This document shows positions 24,255 through 36,730 of a stretch of DNA of 64,000 nt, in pieces (position 1 is the first letter of the stretch; the number at the start of each line of letters is the position of its first letter). The stretch comes from Chrysomallon squamiferum (lineage: Eukaryota > Animalia > Mollusca), in contig CM022668.1 in NCBI GenBank assembly GCA_012295275.1, positions 6,882,001 through 6,946,000 of the forward strand, written 5' to 3'. A model generated the notes under the pieces. That model was not told where the DNA came from. It ran no database searches and worked only from the letters and a program-made list of their open reading frames with translations. A program made the position numbers and the translations under genes.

Positions 24255-27200
24255 TTTTTTTTAAATTATTAATTTAAATGGCTGTTCAAATAAATTTGTC
24301 AATCAGCCAGTCCCTCCATAGATCAATCAACTGCTCGACCAATCACGTCTGTTAGTCAATAAATTCATTCAATTGTTGTTTGTGTTTGATTGTTAAAAAA
24401 AAAAAAAAAAAACATTTTCAACTCCATGATTCTAAAGTTTGTATTTTGTGTTCAGAATGTAAGTTGTTACTGCAGCAAGGACTAACTCTCAGTCTTTCAT
24501 GTTTGTTGCCAAGATATTTTTGAGTGTGAACTTGATTTTTAGTTCCTCCAGTGTGTTGCATAGTGCTTATGTTCAAGTGCCATTTGTTTTTGGTTTTGTT
24601 TCATTTGTTTAGTCATAATGTTTGGCTGCGATGGAGATAATTTAGTTTATTCCGTAGTATACGTTGATGCAGATGTAATCATCTTTGATGCTGAGTGATT
24701 CTTTGGCATAATGGTCGGCAAGTTCATTGCCGATTATGCTGACGTGCTAGGAACCACTCAATGATTAGTTATTTGTTGTTGTGTAGTATGTCTTTGTGTA
24801 GATGCTGAGTAGGTCTGGTCTGCTGGAATGTCCAGATTGTATGGAGGTGACAGAACTGAGGCTGTCTGAGAATATGACTTGGTGTTTGTTGTTACTATGT
24901 TTTACCCACAGCATCGCTCTGATGATGGCAACCAATTCGACCGTGTATACCAAAAGGTGATTTTTGATACAGCAGAATTGTATGCATAGTAGGTTTGTTT
25001 GTGTGATTTCTGCTATACAGGTGAATCCTACTCTCCCATTGTCTGGGTTTTTGGATTCATCAGTATAAATGTGCATGTGTTGTTGATCAGGGATCAGATA
25101 CTTGACAGGGTGGTCTACGTGCATTTTGAGGTAGTATTTAAGTACCTGTAGCTTTCGTCTGTATTTCAGTGGTTGTGTGCTGCATTCTGACAGGAGGTAT
25201 TATATTTGGCAGATGGCCGATTATTCTCAGGGCCCTGGATTGTATTATATCTAAATTCTTTAAAGAAAAGTTTGGGAGCATTTGAGTAAGCCATGGCTCC
25301 ATAGTCGAGCCTGGAGAGAATACATGCTTTGTATTTTAGAATTAACATTTTCTTGTTTTCCCCAACTGGTTCCGAAATTAGTTTTAAAAGGTTCATTGTT
25401 TTTTTGCAAGATACAATTTTCAGCACATGGCCCTATTGAATGTCACACCTGGAAATTTGAATGTTTTGGTTTTTTGTTATAACATTGTGTCAATGTTTAG
25501 TGTTATTTTGTTGTTTCTGGTTTTTTGTTGTAGTCATGTCATTCTAGACAGAGAAATCTTTATGCCCCATTTCAGTGCCCAGTCGTTTAGATTGTTTGTC
25601 TTTCTGTAGTTGATTCTGTAATGCTGTGGTTGATCTGCCTGCACAGTCATCAGCAAAGAGTGCTGTGTTTATTGGTTCAGTTGGGGATTTTTGGCATTGT
25701 CTTGTTTGTTGAGTGCTGTGACAATGTTGTTGATGTAGATGTTAAAGAGTGTTGGCAAGATCACTGAACCTTGTGGGATCCCGGGATCCCATTGTCAATT
25801 GTTTTTTCAGATGTGTGACCATTCACTTTGACTGCTATGGATCTGTTTTTGATGAAATCTTTTATAATCTTTTGATGTTCTCTATAGACTATATGGAAGG
25901 CTTTTTCGATGTCTAGAAATTTCCTGAAAGATTGGTTAATTGAAGTTTGCAAGCGGGTGATCTGGTTGTTTGTGCTGTGTTTCGTTCTAAAGCCGCTTTG
26001 ATATTTACTAATTAGTTGTTGTCATTTAGATGCTGGTTCAGGCATGTGTTTATCATAGTTTCCAGTGTTTTGCAAACATGTGATGTCAGCGTGATCGGTC
26101 TTTATGGGGTTTGGGCAAGCTGAAACATTCAGCATGTTTCCAGTTTGTTGGAATCTTGATTATGGTCCATATAGAGTTGAAGAGGTCAAGTATAATTAGT
26201 AATGTTTCATCTGGCAGGTGTTGTAGTATTGTGTAGGTTATTTTGTCCAGCCCTGTGGCTGTACTTTTTTTGGTTTTAAGGGCATGAATCTGTTGGTGAG
26301 CGATGCACAGTAGGTGTCGATGTCGTTGGGGTTTTTGTGGTGACATTTCTGCATGCTTTGTTGAAATTTCCATTTGGGTGTGAAAATGGATCTGTCTGAG
26401 AAAATGTTCTTGCTGTTGTAGTTGGTGATTATGGGGTGATGGTCGCTGTTTAGTTGACTAAGCACTTGCCATTCACATAGCTCTGCGATGTCCTTTCTTG
26501 TGAACATTAGATCAATGGCAGATCAGACAGACCAGCTGGTTTTTCTCTATGAAGTTTTCGAGGACAACCCCAGGGCTGTCGTCTGTTGAGAAGGTGTTGT
26601 GACAGTTGAAATCGCCCACTATAATGAGCTTGTTGTTTGTTGTTATCATTTTGTTGAAGTTGTGGGTTAGGATGGTGTGTAGTGTGGGAGTGGGTATGCT
26701 GTATATGTTATGTCAGTGTTTTGATTGTTGTTGTGTACTGTGATGCTTGATATTTTGATGTTGGCGTGGACTTTGCTTTGGTTCAGCTTGGTGTGTGGAA
26801 TGTTTTGTTTGATGATTGTCATGATGCCTCCCATGGTACTGTTGAATCTGTTAACATAGCGACTTTGATACCCGGGGACCTTAAACATTTTTGTTGTTTT
26901 GTTGTTTTTGTTGTGTCCTAGCCATGTTTCTTGTATGCATATTACATCTGGTGTGTTTCTAGTGGATGCCAGGAAGTGTACGAGTTCGTCTCTGTGGTCT
27001 GCTGAGTTGAGGCCTTTAGTGTTCCACTGAAGAATGGAGAGGCCTGTGTTATTGGTGTTCTTATTGTGAAGAGTGTGTAAATGGTTGGTACTGTTAGGTG
27101 TTTTTTTGTTCTCTGTTGTTTTGTGTTTGTGGGATTTCTCTTGTCTGTGTGTAATTTAAGTCTTTTGTTGTCTGTGGAGATCTTGAAGCCCAAGCTGTCT

Positions 27201-28740
27201 TTGATTATTTGGGTTACCATGTGGTCCAAATTGGAGTCATCAGTGATGTTTCCTTGGTTGTTTGTAATGTTTTGAAATTTGATGAGGAGGCAGACAATAA
27301 TTTTGTGTATTTCTGCAATTCTGACCTCCTTGTCCAGATTGTCTTTTGGTTTGTTGTTGTGGTGGTCGATTTTTTCAATGATAGTTTTGTTTTTTTCTTC
27401 GATTTTTTGGCATTTTTTGTTATGTTCAAAGTTGTTACTTGTGTTATTTTTGATGGGCACATTTTGTAGTGTGATGAGTGTGGACCCTGACAATTCGCGC
27501 ACTTTGCCAGGGAACGGCATTGTCCTGAGTTTCTGTGGTGATTTCCACCGCAGAAACTGCATGTCAAGGATTTCGGGTTGTGTCTGTGGGTGCATTGGTT
27601 TGTGATGTGACCCCATTTCTGATAGTGGCCGCACTTGGGTCACTGCGGCCTCATTTCTGTCAGTGTGTATCTCTACCCATCAGTGGTGATGATTGTGTTG
27701 GTTAGTTTGCTGCTAAACGTCAGTGTGGATTATTCCACATTTCCACACCGACTAGTTTTGCTTTTGTTTGTTGTAGTATTTCTTTGTTAAACATCTCAAA
27801 GAAATCATGCTTGTCTGCATACGGGTAGTAAAAACTCCAATCTTTGGAGATGTATTTGTGAAGTGAGACTGGTGTAGTCTCGTTTTTTGTTTGTTTGGGT
27901 TCTTCTTGTTGTTGTGCAATTAATGTTCTTTTTGGCTGCTGTTGCGTGAGCAGTGTTTCTCTGGGTTCTGATCTGGGTGTTTTCATTGTTTGTTGGGTGT
28001 CAGGGATTATTTTTGGTAATACCCTGACAAGAAATACTTCATCCCAGCTAGTTATGCTGGGATCTATAGTCTTTAATGATTTTGAATCTATTTCAAAATA
28101 TATTTCTTGTGCATTTATGTTTGTTTACTTTAGTTGTTTTGTCGATGATATGTATTTGTGCTTCTAACAATATGTTTTTTTTTTTTTTTCCTTTTCATTG
28201 TTTCCTAGCTGTTTGTATTGGTGTGGTGTCGGTAGGCTTGCTAATATGTGTAGGTTTCGATTTATGATTTTTTGTTCAGCTGTTTCCTCTGAGTCAGAAT
28301 GTGTGTGTGTGGATGTGTTGTCGTTTCTTGTTTTGTTTTTTTCCTTTGGAGTTGGGGCTCCTGTCCCTTGGTTGCTTTGGAACTCTGGTTTCCATATCTG
28401 AGTCATCATTGACGGTGCTGTTTGGTTGCCATTGTGTGTTGTTTGTAGTGTAATTGGGTATTTTTTAAAATTTAAAAAAAAAAAAAAAAAAAAAATATAT
28501 AGACAAGTCTGTATTAATTTTTAAAAGTCTAAACAAGAACAAACAGTAGAAAAGAAAAGTAATAAGGGTAACAATAATACAAATAGCTACAAATAATACA
28601 AATAAGAATCTAAAACTTAATAAATAAAGTAAACGATACTGTATCTTATGTTTGTGAATTCTTCTCAGCAAAGCACAATCCTTGGGTGAACAAGCTCACA
28701 CCATGCTGGGGTTGACCATCTCGGAGTGGAGTCTGGTTGA
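24255..28740 (-). mobile_element. near full-length decayed non-LTR retrotransposon, I/Nimb group
   Basis: ORF1 zinc knuckles (CSFCGGNH..C, CANCQGPH..C, 27214-27650). AP endonuclease motifs IQETWL, VGDFNCH, SDHHPI. RT motifs FLDIEKAF, NGIP, LFADD. RNase H motifs IYTDESK, VELVAI, FSDSLS, GNELAD. Many frameshifts; ends approximate. Confidence 0.9.
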
Positions 28741-30376
28741 AAAACAATAAACGGGTTACTTTCTGTATGCAGGCAGCTTAGTTTAACAGTGAGTTAAATG
28801 TGGCAACTTGTTGTTTATTGAATAATGTCATTGAGTAATACATGTAGAACTTGTAGCAAGTTGTTTTCATAACAATAAAATGGCATTATGCAAAACCTAC
28901 ATTGCTTTCACAGTTAATACAAACACAGGCATTGTATGACACAGTTAGCTTGTTACCTTTTCACCACAAGCATCGCTCTCGCAAAACAAGTTGTCTTAAG
29001 GTCGGCGCATTATTTTATACACACATTAATTTCATGTTTTGGAGAGATATCAACTGACAGCCATCACTTTGTTATCTAATTTCTTGAAAATTGTTTTCAT
29101 TTTATGTTTTATCTTGTCACATTCTTCACCTTTCTTTTTATCATTAATAGGGACCTTTTTAAAAAAAAAATTCACATAGTTCCATATCACTGTTATTTTT
29201 TTACTTCATTCAGTTACAGAGCATGAACTTTGAGAGGATCTGTGCAACTGGTCAATTTGGATGCAGGGAGGCATTCTTTGGCTTTAGAATTTGGTACAGG
29301 GTATTTAACCATGTTTCAAGTATTTTATGCTTATTTGGATGACTGCAGAACAATTTTTCAGCATTCTCTCCCGCACTTTTTTAACATTTCTGAAACTGGT
29401 TAGCAATGTAGTTGGATTTATTTCAGTACACTGAAATACTGAATTTACACAATCTGTTAGAATGACCCATGAAATATTTTTTCCATTTCTTTTATTCATT
29501 TGTGAACTGGTCTGGACTTAGAGCATGGATCCTAAGGATTTTGTCAACCATTGTGATTATACAACTCGAACATGAAATAGCATTTGTGTAGTCGAATATC
29601 TTGTGGTTCTATTTTAATATGCGACCTGGTTTACCATGCTAAACAAAATGGCAGCTATAATTAGTTATTGGTGGACTGAAATTATCTTGCCAAAGTCAGA
29701 AAATTGTTTTTAAAAAAATCATTATGATGGAAATCAGTATTACGGAAACTACCCATCGTCGTCCAACAAATAAAAATAATAAAATGGTTTGCTATGCCAT
29801 GAATATGGTAGCAAGCACTAGCAAACAGATTACCAAGAACTGTTTATAGACAAACACTGTAAAATTTATAATTTCAAATTACCTAAAGCAAAATCTGCCC
29901 AGGGAATTACATTGATTCTGTCAACAGTTATTAGCATTAATTTTGTTTTAATGAAATAATTTTTATTATTATTTTCAAATTTTGTTTATAGACATTATAA
30001 TTCTTTATTTACAGGACGAAAGGAATTTCCACTGCATGCTAATAATGACAAATCTTCTACTGGAAAAGTGGCAGTCCTCCTATAGACACAACAAGAAAGA
30101 TGAAAGTTCTGTTACGTCGGTCGTATGTGTATGTTCAGCTCAGTCAGAACATTGTCGGTGACGGAATGACACTATCAGTGAGAGAAAAATACTTCTAATA
30201 AAATCAGTGTGATGGAATTGTTTCAGTTCTGTCAACAATTATTAATTTTATTTTTTACAAACATTCAAAAAATATATTGTGAAGGATGTGTAAAATGAAT
30301 CTTCTTCACTGTTTCTTTGGACTGTTATATTTTCAAAACTGTTTTTAAGTATCTGTTTAAATGACTAATGCATAAT

Positions 30377-30425
<49 letters not shown>

Positions 30426-32230
30426 TTTTTATTTTATTTTATTTTTTTTTTTTTATTTTTATTTTTATTTTTATTTTTATTTTTATTTTTATTTTTATTT
30501 TTATTTTTTGACAGCCATATACAAGGTTACTTAAAAATGGAATAGTTTTTAATGTTTATTTAGACATTACACATTGGTGGAATGAGATCATCTTGCTGAA
30601 TTGAAATTTTTTGTTTTTTTCCATTCTTTTTTTCTTATAAATAAAACCTGAATGATTGAATTGTTTAGATTCTTTCATCAGCTAATTGTTTTTCATTTTT
30701 TTAATTTCATTTTTTTAATAAAACTAAATTTTACAGTATAAATACTGAATATATACAAAACATGACAAAAATAACTTTATTAGTAGGTTGTCACTATTAT
30801 GATAGTAATCCAGTTGATGTTGAAATATCTATCATTTATTTAATTAATTTTTTATTTAAAAACATTTTTTTCTGTGATTTCAAATTATTTTGAAGGCTGG
30901 CACTACAAAATTATATAATTAAAGTGTTTTATATAGCATATATTGCCCATGTCCTCATGTTGCCCTAGGGTTTTGCTGCTGCCCAGTTTCAGAGTCACTG
31001 ATTTTAGTTAATTGTATCTTGTATAGCAAATCAGTTAGCATCTGACCATTCTTTTACTGAAGCTTGCAGCCAGTTCTTCAAAGACATCACTTCAGATGTG
31101 TAACATTTCTTTTAATGAAATTTCCTATGACCATTTAATGAAGTAATGCATCCAAAGTTCTTCTGTAAAGAGATCAGTGCCTCTTATTTTTTTTATTATT
31201 ACCTGCAAGACAAAGTATATAAATAATTATCTACTTCATTAAGTGGTTGTAAACAAACAGCTTCAAATTATTTATTTATTTAATTTTGTTTATTTTATTA
31301 TTACTTTTTTTTTATTGATGCTCTCCAATCTTCGGGTCAGAGGCTTCTCCAGTTTCCTTAAATTCAGATCTTTTAATAGTTGGTTGATAAAAACAAATGT
31401 CAACTGTTCTTGTTGAAGTTTCAGTGTCTCTTATTAATATGTAGGAATTTAATTTTAAACCGTTTATCTCTAACAAAAACTAATAACGTTTGAGCACTGC
31501 AGTTTTCTACTATAATATTAAACCATTCCTCCCTAAATAAACTAGCAGTTCTTATGCAGTTCAAACCTGTTTGTTTCTCTTGAATTCAATATGGTATATA
31601 TATATTAAGTATTTTACCCTGCCATCTCCCTTCTTCCAGAACATCAGATACATCACACAAAAAAAAAAAATCCCTCTGATATAATTTCTAGGTCACTGAC
31701 AAGATTTATTCTTTTATTTATTTTATATCCTACTATTTTAATTTTGTACCCAAGTCAGTCACTTGTCTCTGATGCACATATAACTTCTCTTGCACCAAAA
31801 TGGGACAAAATTCAAGACAGACTATGTCTTAAATTTTTTTTTTTTTTTTTTTCACTATCTTGAATTTTAAACCTACATTGGTGGCTCACTATCAACTGAA
31901 CTTCAGCACTGTCTTGTTACAGCAGAGATAACACATAAGTACAGAGTTTGAAAACATATGTTGATATAATCCAAAAGTCCTTCGTTTTCCGCAACTAATT
32001 TGATATTTGGCTAAAAATTCACATATTCTCTGGTATCTTGGTGTGTTGAATCATTTAGCAGCACCATGGAAACTGATTCTCATACTGATTCCAGAAAAAA
32101 TATATAATTGTTTATTTTATATTTTTCTTTTTTTTTTTTTTTTTTTTTTTAATTATTTCTTAATTTAAATATAATATTTAATAATAATATATAATAATAT
32201 ATACATTATTTTGAATTGGCATCTTCTCAC

Positions 32231-32473
32231 AGCATTAGCTGAATTAAATAAGTTGTGAGATACATTCTTTACATTTCTGAATTTGCTACATGCACATAAG
32301 CATATTGAGGTCTTTCTATAAAACGTCATCCTTTTTGTAATAAATGTGTATGTGCACTTAAGGTCATCTGGCTCTAACACCTCTATATGGAGATGGAGAA
32401 AAAAGTGTTACCATCTTTCTTTCATTAAATATGAAGCACTGGTTATGGCAGTGTCAAAATTATCTCTGTTTTC
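32231..32473 (-). pseudogene. ribonucleotide reductase large subunit (class Ia R1) relic, intron-less
   Basis: Colinear motifs ENRDNFDTAI, LKCTY[+4 nt]LLQKG*RFIERPQYAYVHVA and VSHNLFNSA compare with R1 [35 protein letters not shown] and ASPTLFNAG. Confidence 0.65.
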
Positions 32474-32676
32474 TTGTGCAGTTGATTGCATCCATTTAAA
32501 TGGTAAGAAAAGGAGGAGAATTTCCTACTGAATAACTGATGTTGTTGATGGACCTTGTTGCTCCTAAAATGAAGACGATTCTGGAGGAGAGCTTCAAAGA
32601 GTAGGTAAAAATCACAGCTATCCTATTTACCAAAGATGTGCTTCTTCTTCAATGTCCATATGTTGCTAATACAATC

Positions 32677-32763
32677 ACAAGTAGAACACACATGATGCTG
32701 ATCAGCAGTTCCCATTCTTGTATCATAAACACTAGCATCTACAGGATGCTAACCACTAAATAA
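32677..32763 (-). pseudogene. DNA-directed RNA polymerase largest-subunit N-terminal zinc-clamp relic
   Basis: LFSG*HPVDASVYDTRMGTADQHHVCSTC fits the YD.RMG..D....CxxC motif of RPB1/RPA1/RPC1-family proteins. One in-frame stop. Confidence 0.65.
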
Positions 32764-32823
32764 TACATAAAAACCTTTTTTTCTGTGGATTCTGTTCCAC
32801 TAAATTGACAAAAAAAATCAAAT

Positions 32824-33290
32824 GTTTACAGCATAGTCGAGTGGATTGTCACCTGTTTGTCGGTTTTACCTCCACACTGATGACATTTATGTTCACCACG
32901 TAATAATGAGGAGTGTTTCCATTGAAATTTACAACAAAATGCAGTGGATTGTTTCCTGATTCATCAACAGTTCTCTTTGTTGACCAAAGTTGTTAACATA
33001 TTTCCAACATAATTATTGGAGAGGTATTTCGCTATATTGACAATATTTATCATGTTTACGTTTTCTTTAGGTATGTAGTTTACTTCTTTTTTTCTTTTTA
33101 TAAAACTTTTAGCAATATTTAACATTTACAACATAATATAGAGCTGTATTTTCTTTTATATTTCTCTACATCAACAACATTTAATATGTTTACAAACAGC
33201 ATACAGAGATTTTTGTTTTGTTTCTTTTCTTATACATCTTTGTAGTAACAGTATTGAACATGGATACAAAAAAGTGGAATGGAGTGTTTT
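32824..33290 (-). pseudogene. decayed ankyrin-repeat array
   Basis: KNTPFHFFV, ENTALYYVV, DESGNNPLHFVV, NGNTPHYYVV and TGDNPLDYAVN are GxTPLH-type motifs in shifting frames. Confidence 0.55.
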
Positions 33291-33400
33291 GTTTTAGAAG
33301 GTACTTCTCTCTATTATCAATATTTATAAGGTTATAAATTTACCATAGTTATAGTGTGTTTTTGTCATTATCTACTCCTAGGATAATTTTTTTTTATTAT

Positions 33401-33439
<39 letters not shown>

Positions 33440-34179
33440 GGCTATTTGTTTTTTGCTGGATAGCTCTGTCTCCATGCCTCCAGTGGGTGAAATTGTCACC
33501 TATAAGTGATTCGTAGTTTCTTAAGGCCAGTCATCTTCAAAGTGGGTGAAAATGGCTGTTGTGTCAAGTGGGTAGATCCCACTTTCCCTGATCTTTGTAA
33601 TGACACATGAGATCTCTTTTGCCACTTCCTTCGAAAATTGGGAAACGTTCGTTTTCTTAATCTCTGACAGGCAGAGAAATGCTGCTTATGTGTGCTACAT
33701 ACATATATATATTTTTTTTTTCAAGATCTCTGTGTTGAAATGTGATGATAGATACGAGAGGTTTAGCTGAACCAGTTCATATATCTGATCACATACAGAC
33801 ATGCAGTACAGGTCATATACATAACTCAGTTTCTGTTTAGTGTCCCTGCAAAGCACAAAGCTTGTATCTGAAATAGGTCAAGAAGGGGAAGTGACTGTGC
33901 TTCTGGATCCCACACAAATACACTTTCAATAATGGATACTCTGGGTTCTTCAGTGAACAAACATTGTGCAGACGTGATCTCTGAAGATCAGAGAAGTGAA
34001 GTTTTTAAATTGATTTCACAGGTTGTCTACTCAGTTAGATTTCTTACGTGTTAGGTCTACCACTGTAAAAGCAGGACACTGCTCACACACTATATTAATA
34101 CACATGAACTAGTTATTGCTAATGCTGAGACAAAATTTAGAGAAGTAAATGTGTCATACATTAAGTATATTTGAAGAGT

Positions 34180-36075
34180 TCTAAATTGTAATGAAAGCAT
34201 AACAAGGTCTGATCTGCTCATTAATGCAGGAAGCTCTCACACTTAATTTATCAAACATTTCTTCATTCTTCTCTCTCTCCTCTCTTCTTCTGTCTTAAAC
34301 CTATTCTGTTGTTCAGCATGGAACAGCTCAATTCTCATCCTTTCATTTTTCATTTCTTCTTTGCTGATTTCCAGTGGCTCCTGTCTCACTTTGGACTTTT
34401 TTTTTTTTTTTTTTTTTTCAAGTTGCCTCCATGTTCACTTTTCTTTCAAGACAGGACAACATCGTGTCCCATCTCAAGTCTGTGGATATCCCTAGGTTCC
34501 TCAGCATACCTGGAAAGTAGAAAAGAAACAAAATAAATGTTCCAATGTTATAAAATTTATTCAAATCAATTATAGATTTAATATTAAATGTGTAAAATAA
34601 TCAGGAATTTGTTTTCTGGTAGATAAACTATATAGATATGATCAGGTTCACATAAAACATCAGTCTTTCTTCATGCATTTAGTCATCTGAACAAATCACC
34701 AAGAGATAGAAAAGATACTCTTACTACAAAGATGATTTCATGTTGAGATGGCAACTGAATGAAATTTTATTTTGTTGTTTAATAATTTGTGATCATTCTA
34801 CGTTTCTATGACAACTGTCATCTTATCTGCCACAGTTCATAAGCAAGGATTTCCATCTCAAGTAAGTGATGTTATGAATTCCTTACCCTAACACATCATC
34901 CCTGCCACCTTCCAATACACGTTTAGCCATCTATCAAAAATACACATGCATGCACACAAATGCACACACACACACACTTACTTGCACAAGGTTCTGCAGA
35001 TGTCACGGATGTCGTGGATGTCGGTGCTTCCTGAAATAAGCAGTCGTCATTTATGACTTCAGATGTGTTGATAGCAGCTGATGATGGCTGGTTGTCTTTC
35101 AGGCTCCTTTGTTGCAGGATTCCTGATTTATTCAGAGGGCTGCAGAGTGTACTAGAGTCTCTCCTTCATTTGCTGGCCAAGTTGAGTTTTTCAACTAGAA
35201 CATGACAGAAATTGAAAATGTGGTGTGTATATATCAGGAGAATACCAGAACTGAGAAAAGTCAAAACAATATCAAAGATCTGGCATCAATACTTTGTATT
35301 TATTTCAAATTAAACTTTTGCATTAAATTGAGCAGAACATCTGTTAATTTTCTTAATTTATGAAACATCTCTTCTTTCTTCTATCTTAAACCTATTCTGT
35401 TGTTCAGCATGGAATAGCTCAATTCTCATCCTTTCATTTTTCATTTCTTCTTGCTGATTTCCAGCTCCTCCTGTCTCACCTAGAACTCATATTCTTTTGA
35501 AGTTGCCTCCATATTCACCCTTCTTTTAAGATGGGACAAAATCTTGTCATGTTATGAATTTAATTACCCTAACACACCATCCCACTCTACTCCCAACTCA
35601 CATGTGTAGCCTGCCTTCAAAAATGACATGCAAGCACACAAAACACATGCACACTTGTACTAGTTTCTGCAGATGTTACAGAGGTTGATGCCTCCTAAGT
35701 AAGCAGTCATCGTTTGTGTCTTCAGTGATGTTGACAGCAGCTGGCAGTGGATGGTCGTCTGTCAGTCTGTTTTTTTGCAGGATTCCTGATTTAGTCAGAG
35801 GACCATGGGTTATACTGGAGTGAGTCTGTCCTTCATTTGCTGCACAGTCCTCTCTTCCTACCAGCATGCTGTTTGCACCATTCTCCTTCAAAGTCATTCT
35901 TTTGTCCCCATCCTGAAAACTGACAGCTAGGTAAGATTACTTGTGGAATGGGAATGAAACAAGTTGTAAATTGTAATGAAAGCATAACAATGTCTGATCT
36001 GCCCATTAATGCAGGAAGCTCTCGCACTTAACTTATCAAACATTTCTTCATTCTTCTCTCTCCTCTCTTCTTCAG
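34180..36075. repeat. local duplications of decayed coding-like modules
   Basis: Module ctattctgttgttcagcatgga..ctcaattctcatcc at about 34300, 35390 and 39200. 34870-35180 matches 35550-35850, and 34180-34290 matches 35965-36075. Confidence 0.85.
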
Positions 36076-36730
36076 ATTTTCTTCATATTACTGTCTTTCA
36101 TATTTTAAAAAATAAATGTTAAAACTTTTTTTGATTTTTAATTTTTTTATTTATCACTTTTTATAGTATTTAATATCTGAGGTAGTGAAAAGAGCATTAC
36201 TAAAAACAAAAAACAAACATGAACTCCCCACCATCAAAACCCACTTTTAATTGCCAAAAGTTGTGCCATTCATATATATATATATATATATATGTAGTCA
36301 TTAACTTTAGTCAATTCTAGATTGTTTTTTGTTGTTTTTTGAAATTACACATATTATTTTTGGAAAACAAACTGACTCTATATGATTTAACTGGGAGTTA
36401 CAATTATACAGTATAGTTTCCTTTTTAGACCTACAGTTTGTAACAAAAACAATGTGCTCACAACAAACACATTATCATACTATCAAAAGATCTCAAGGAT
36501 CATCAGTTATGACCACACTTTTTTTTCTGAAGTTCTGAAGCTTTTGTTCTGAAGTTGTCCCTCATGATACTGGTGTTGACAAAATTACTTGAATTTCCCC
36601 AGTTGCAGCTGTGTGTGTATCTAGAACCTGAGGACATAAACATGTATTAGTTATTCCCTGACTCTGCTTTAAAACGTCAACTTCAATGTCACCATCTTCT
36701 CACTGCTAAAATGTTTGCACACATCTGTAC

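Noticed and set aside
27081-28401. Several hydrophobic plus-strand ORFs
   Set aside because: Antisense reading of the A/C-rich LINE ORF1 region.
33741-33793. C/D snoRNA-like GTGATGA...CTGA
   Set aside because: Only 47 nt from box C to box D, the stem overlaps box C, and no rRNA target was recognised.
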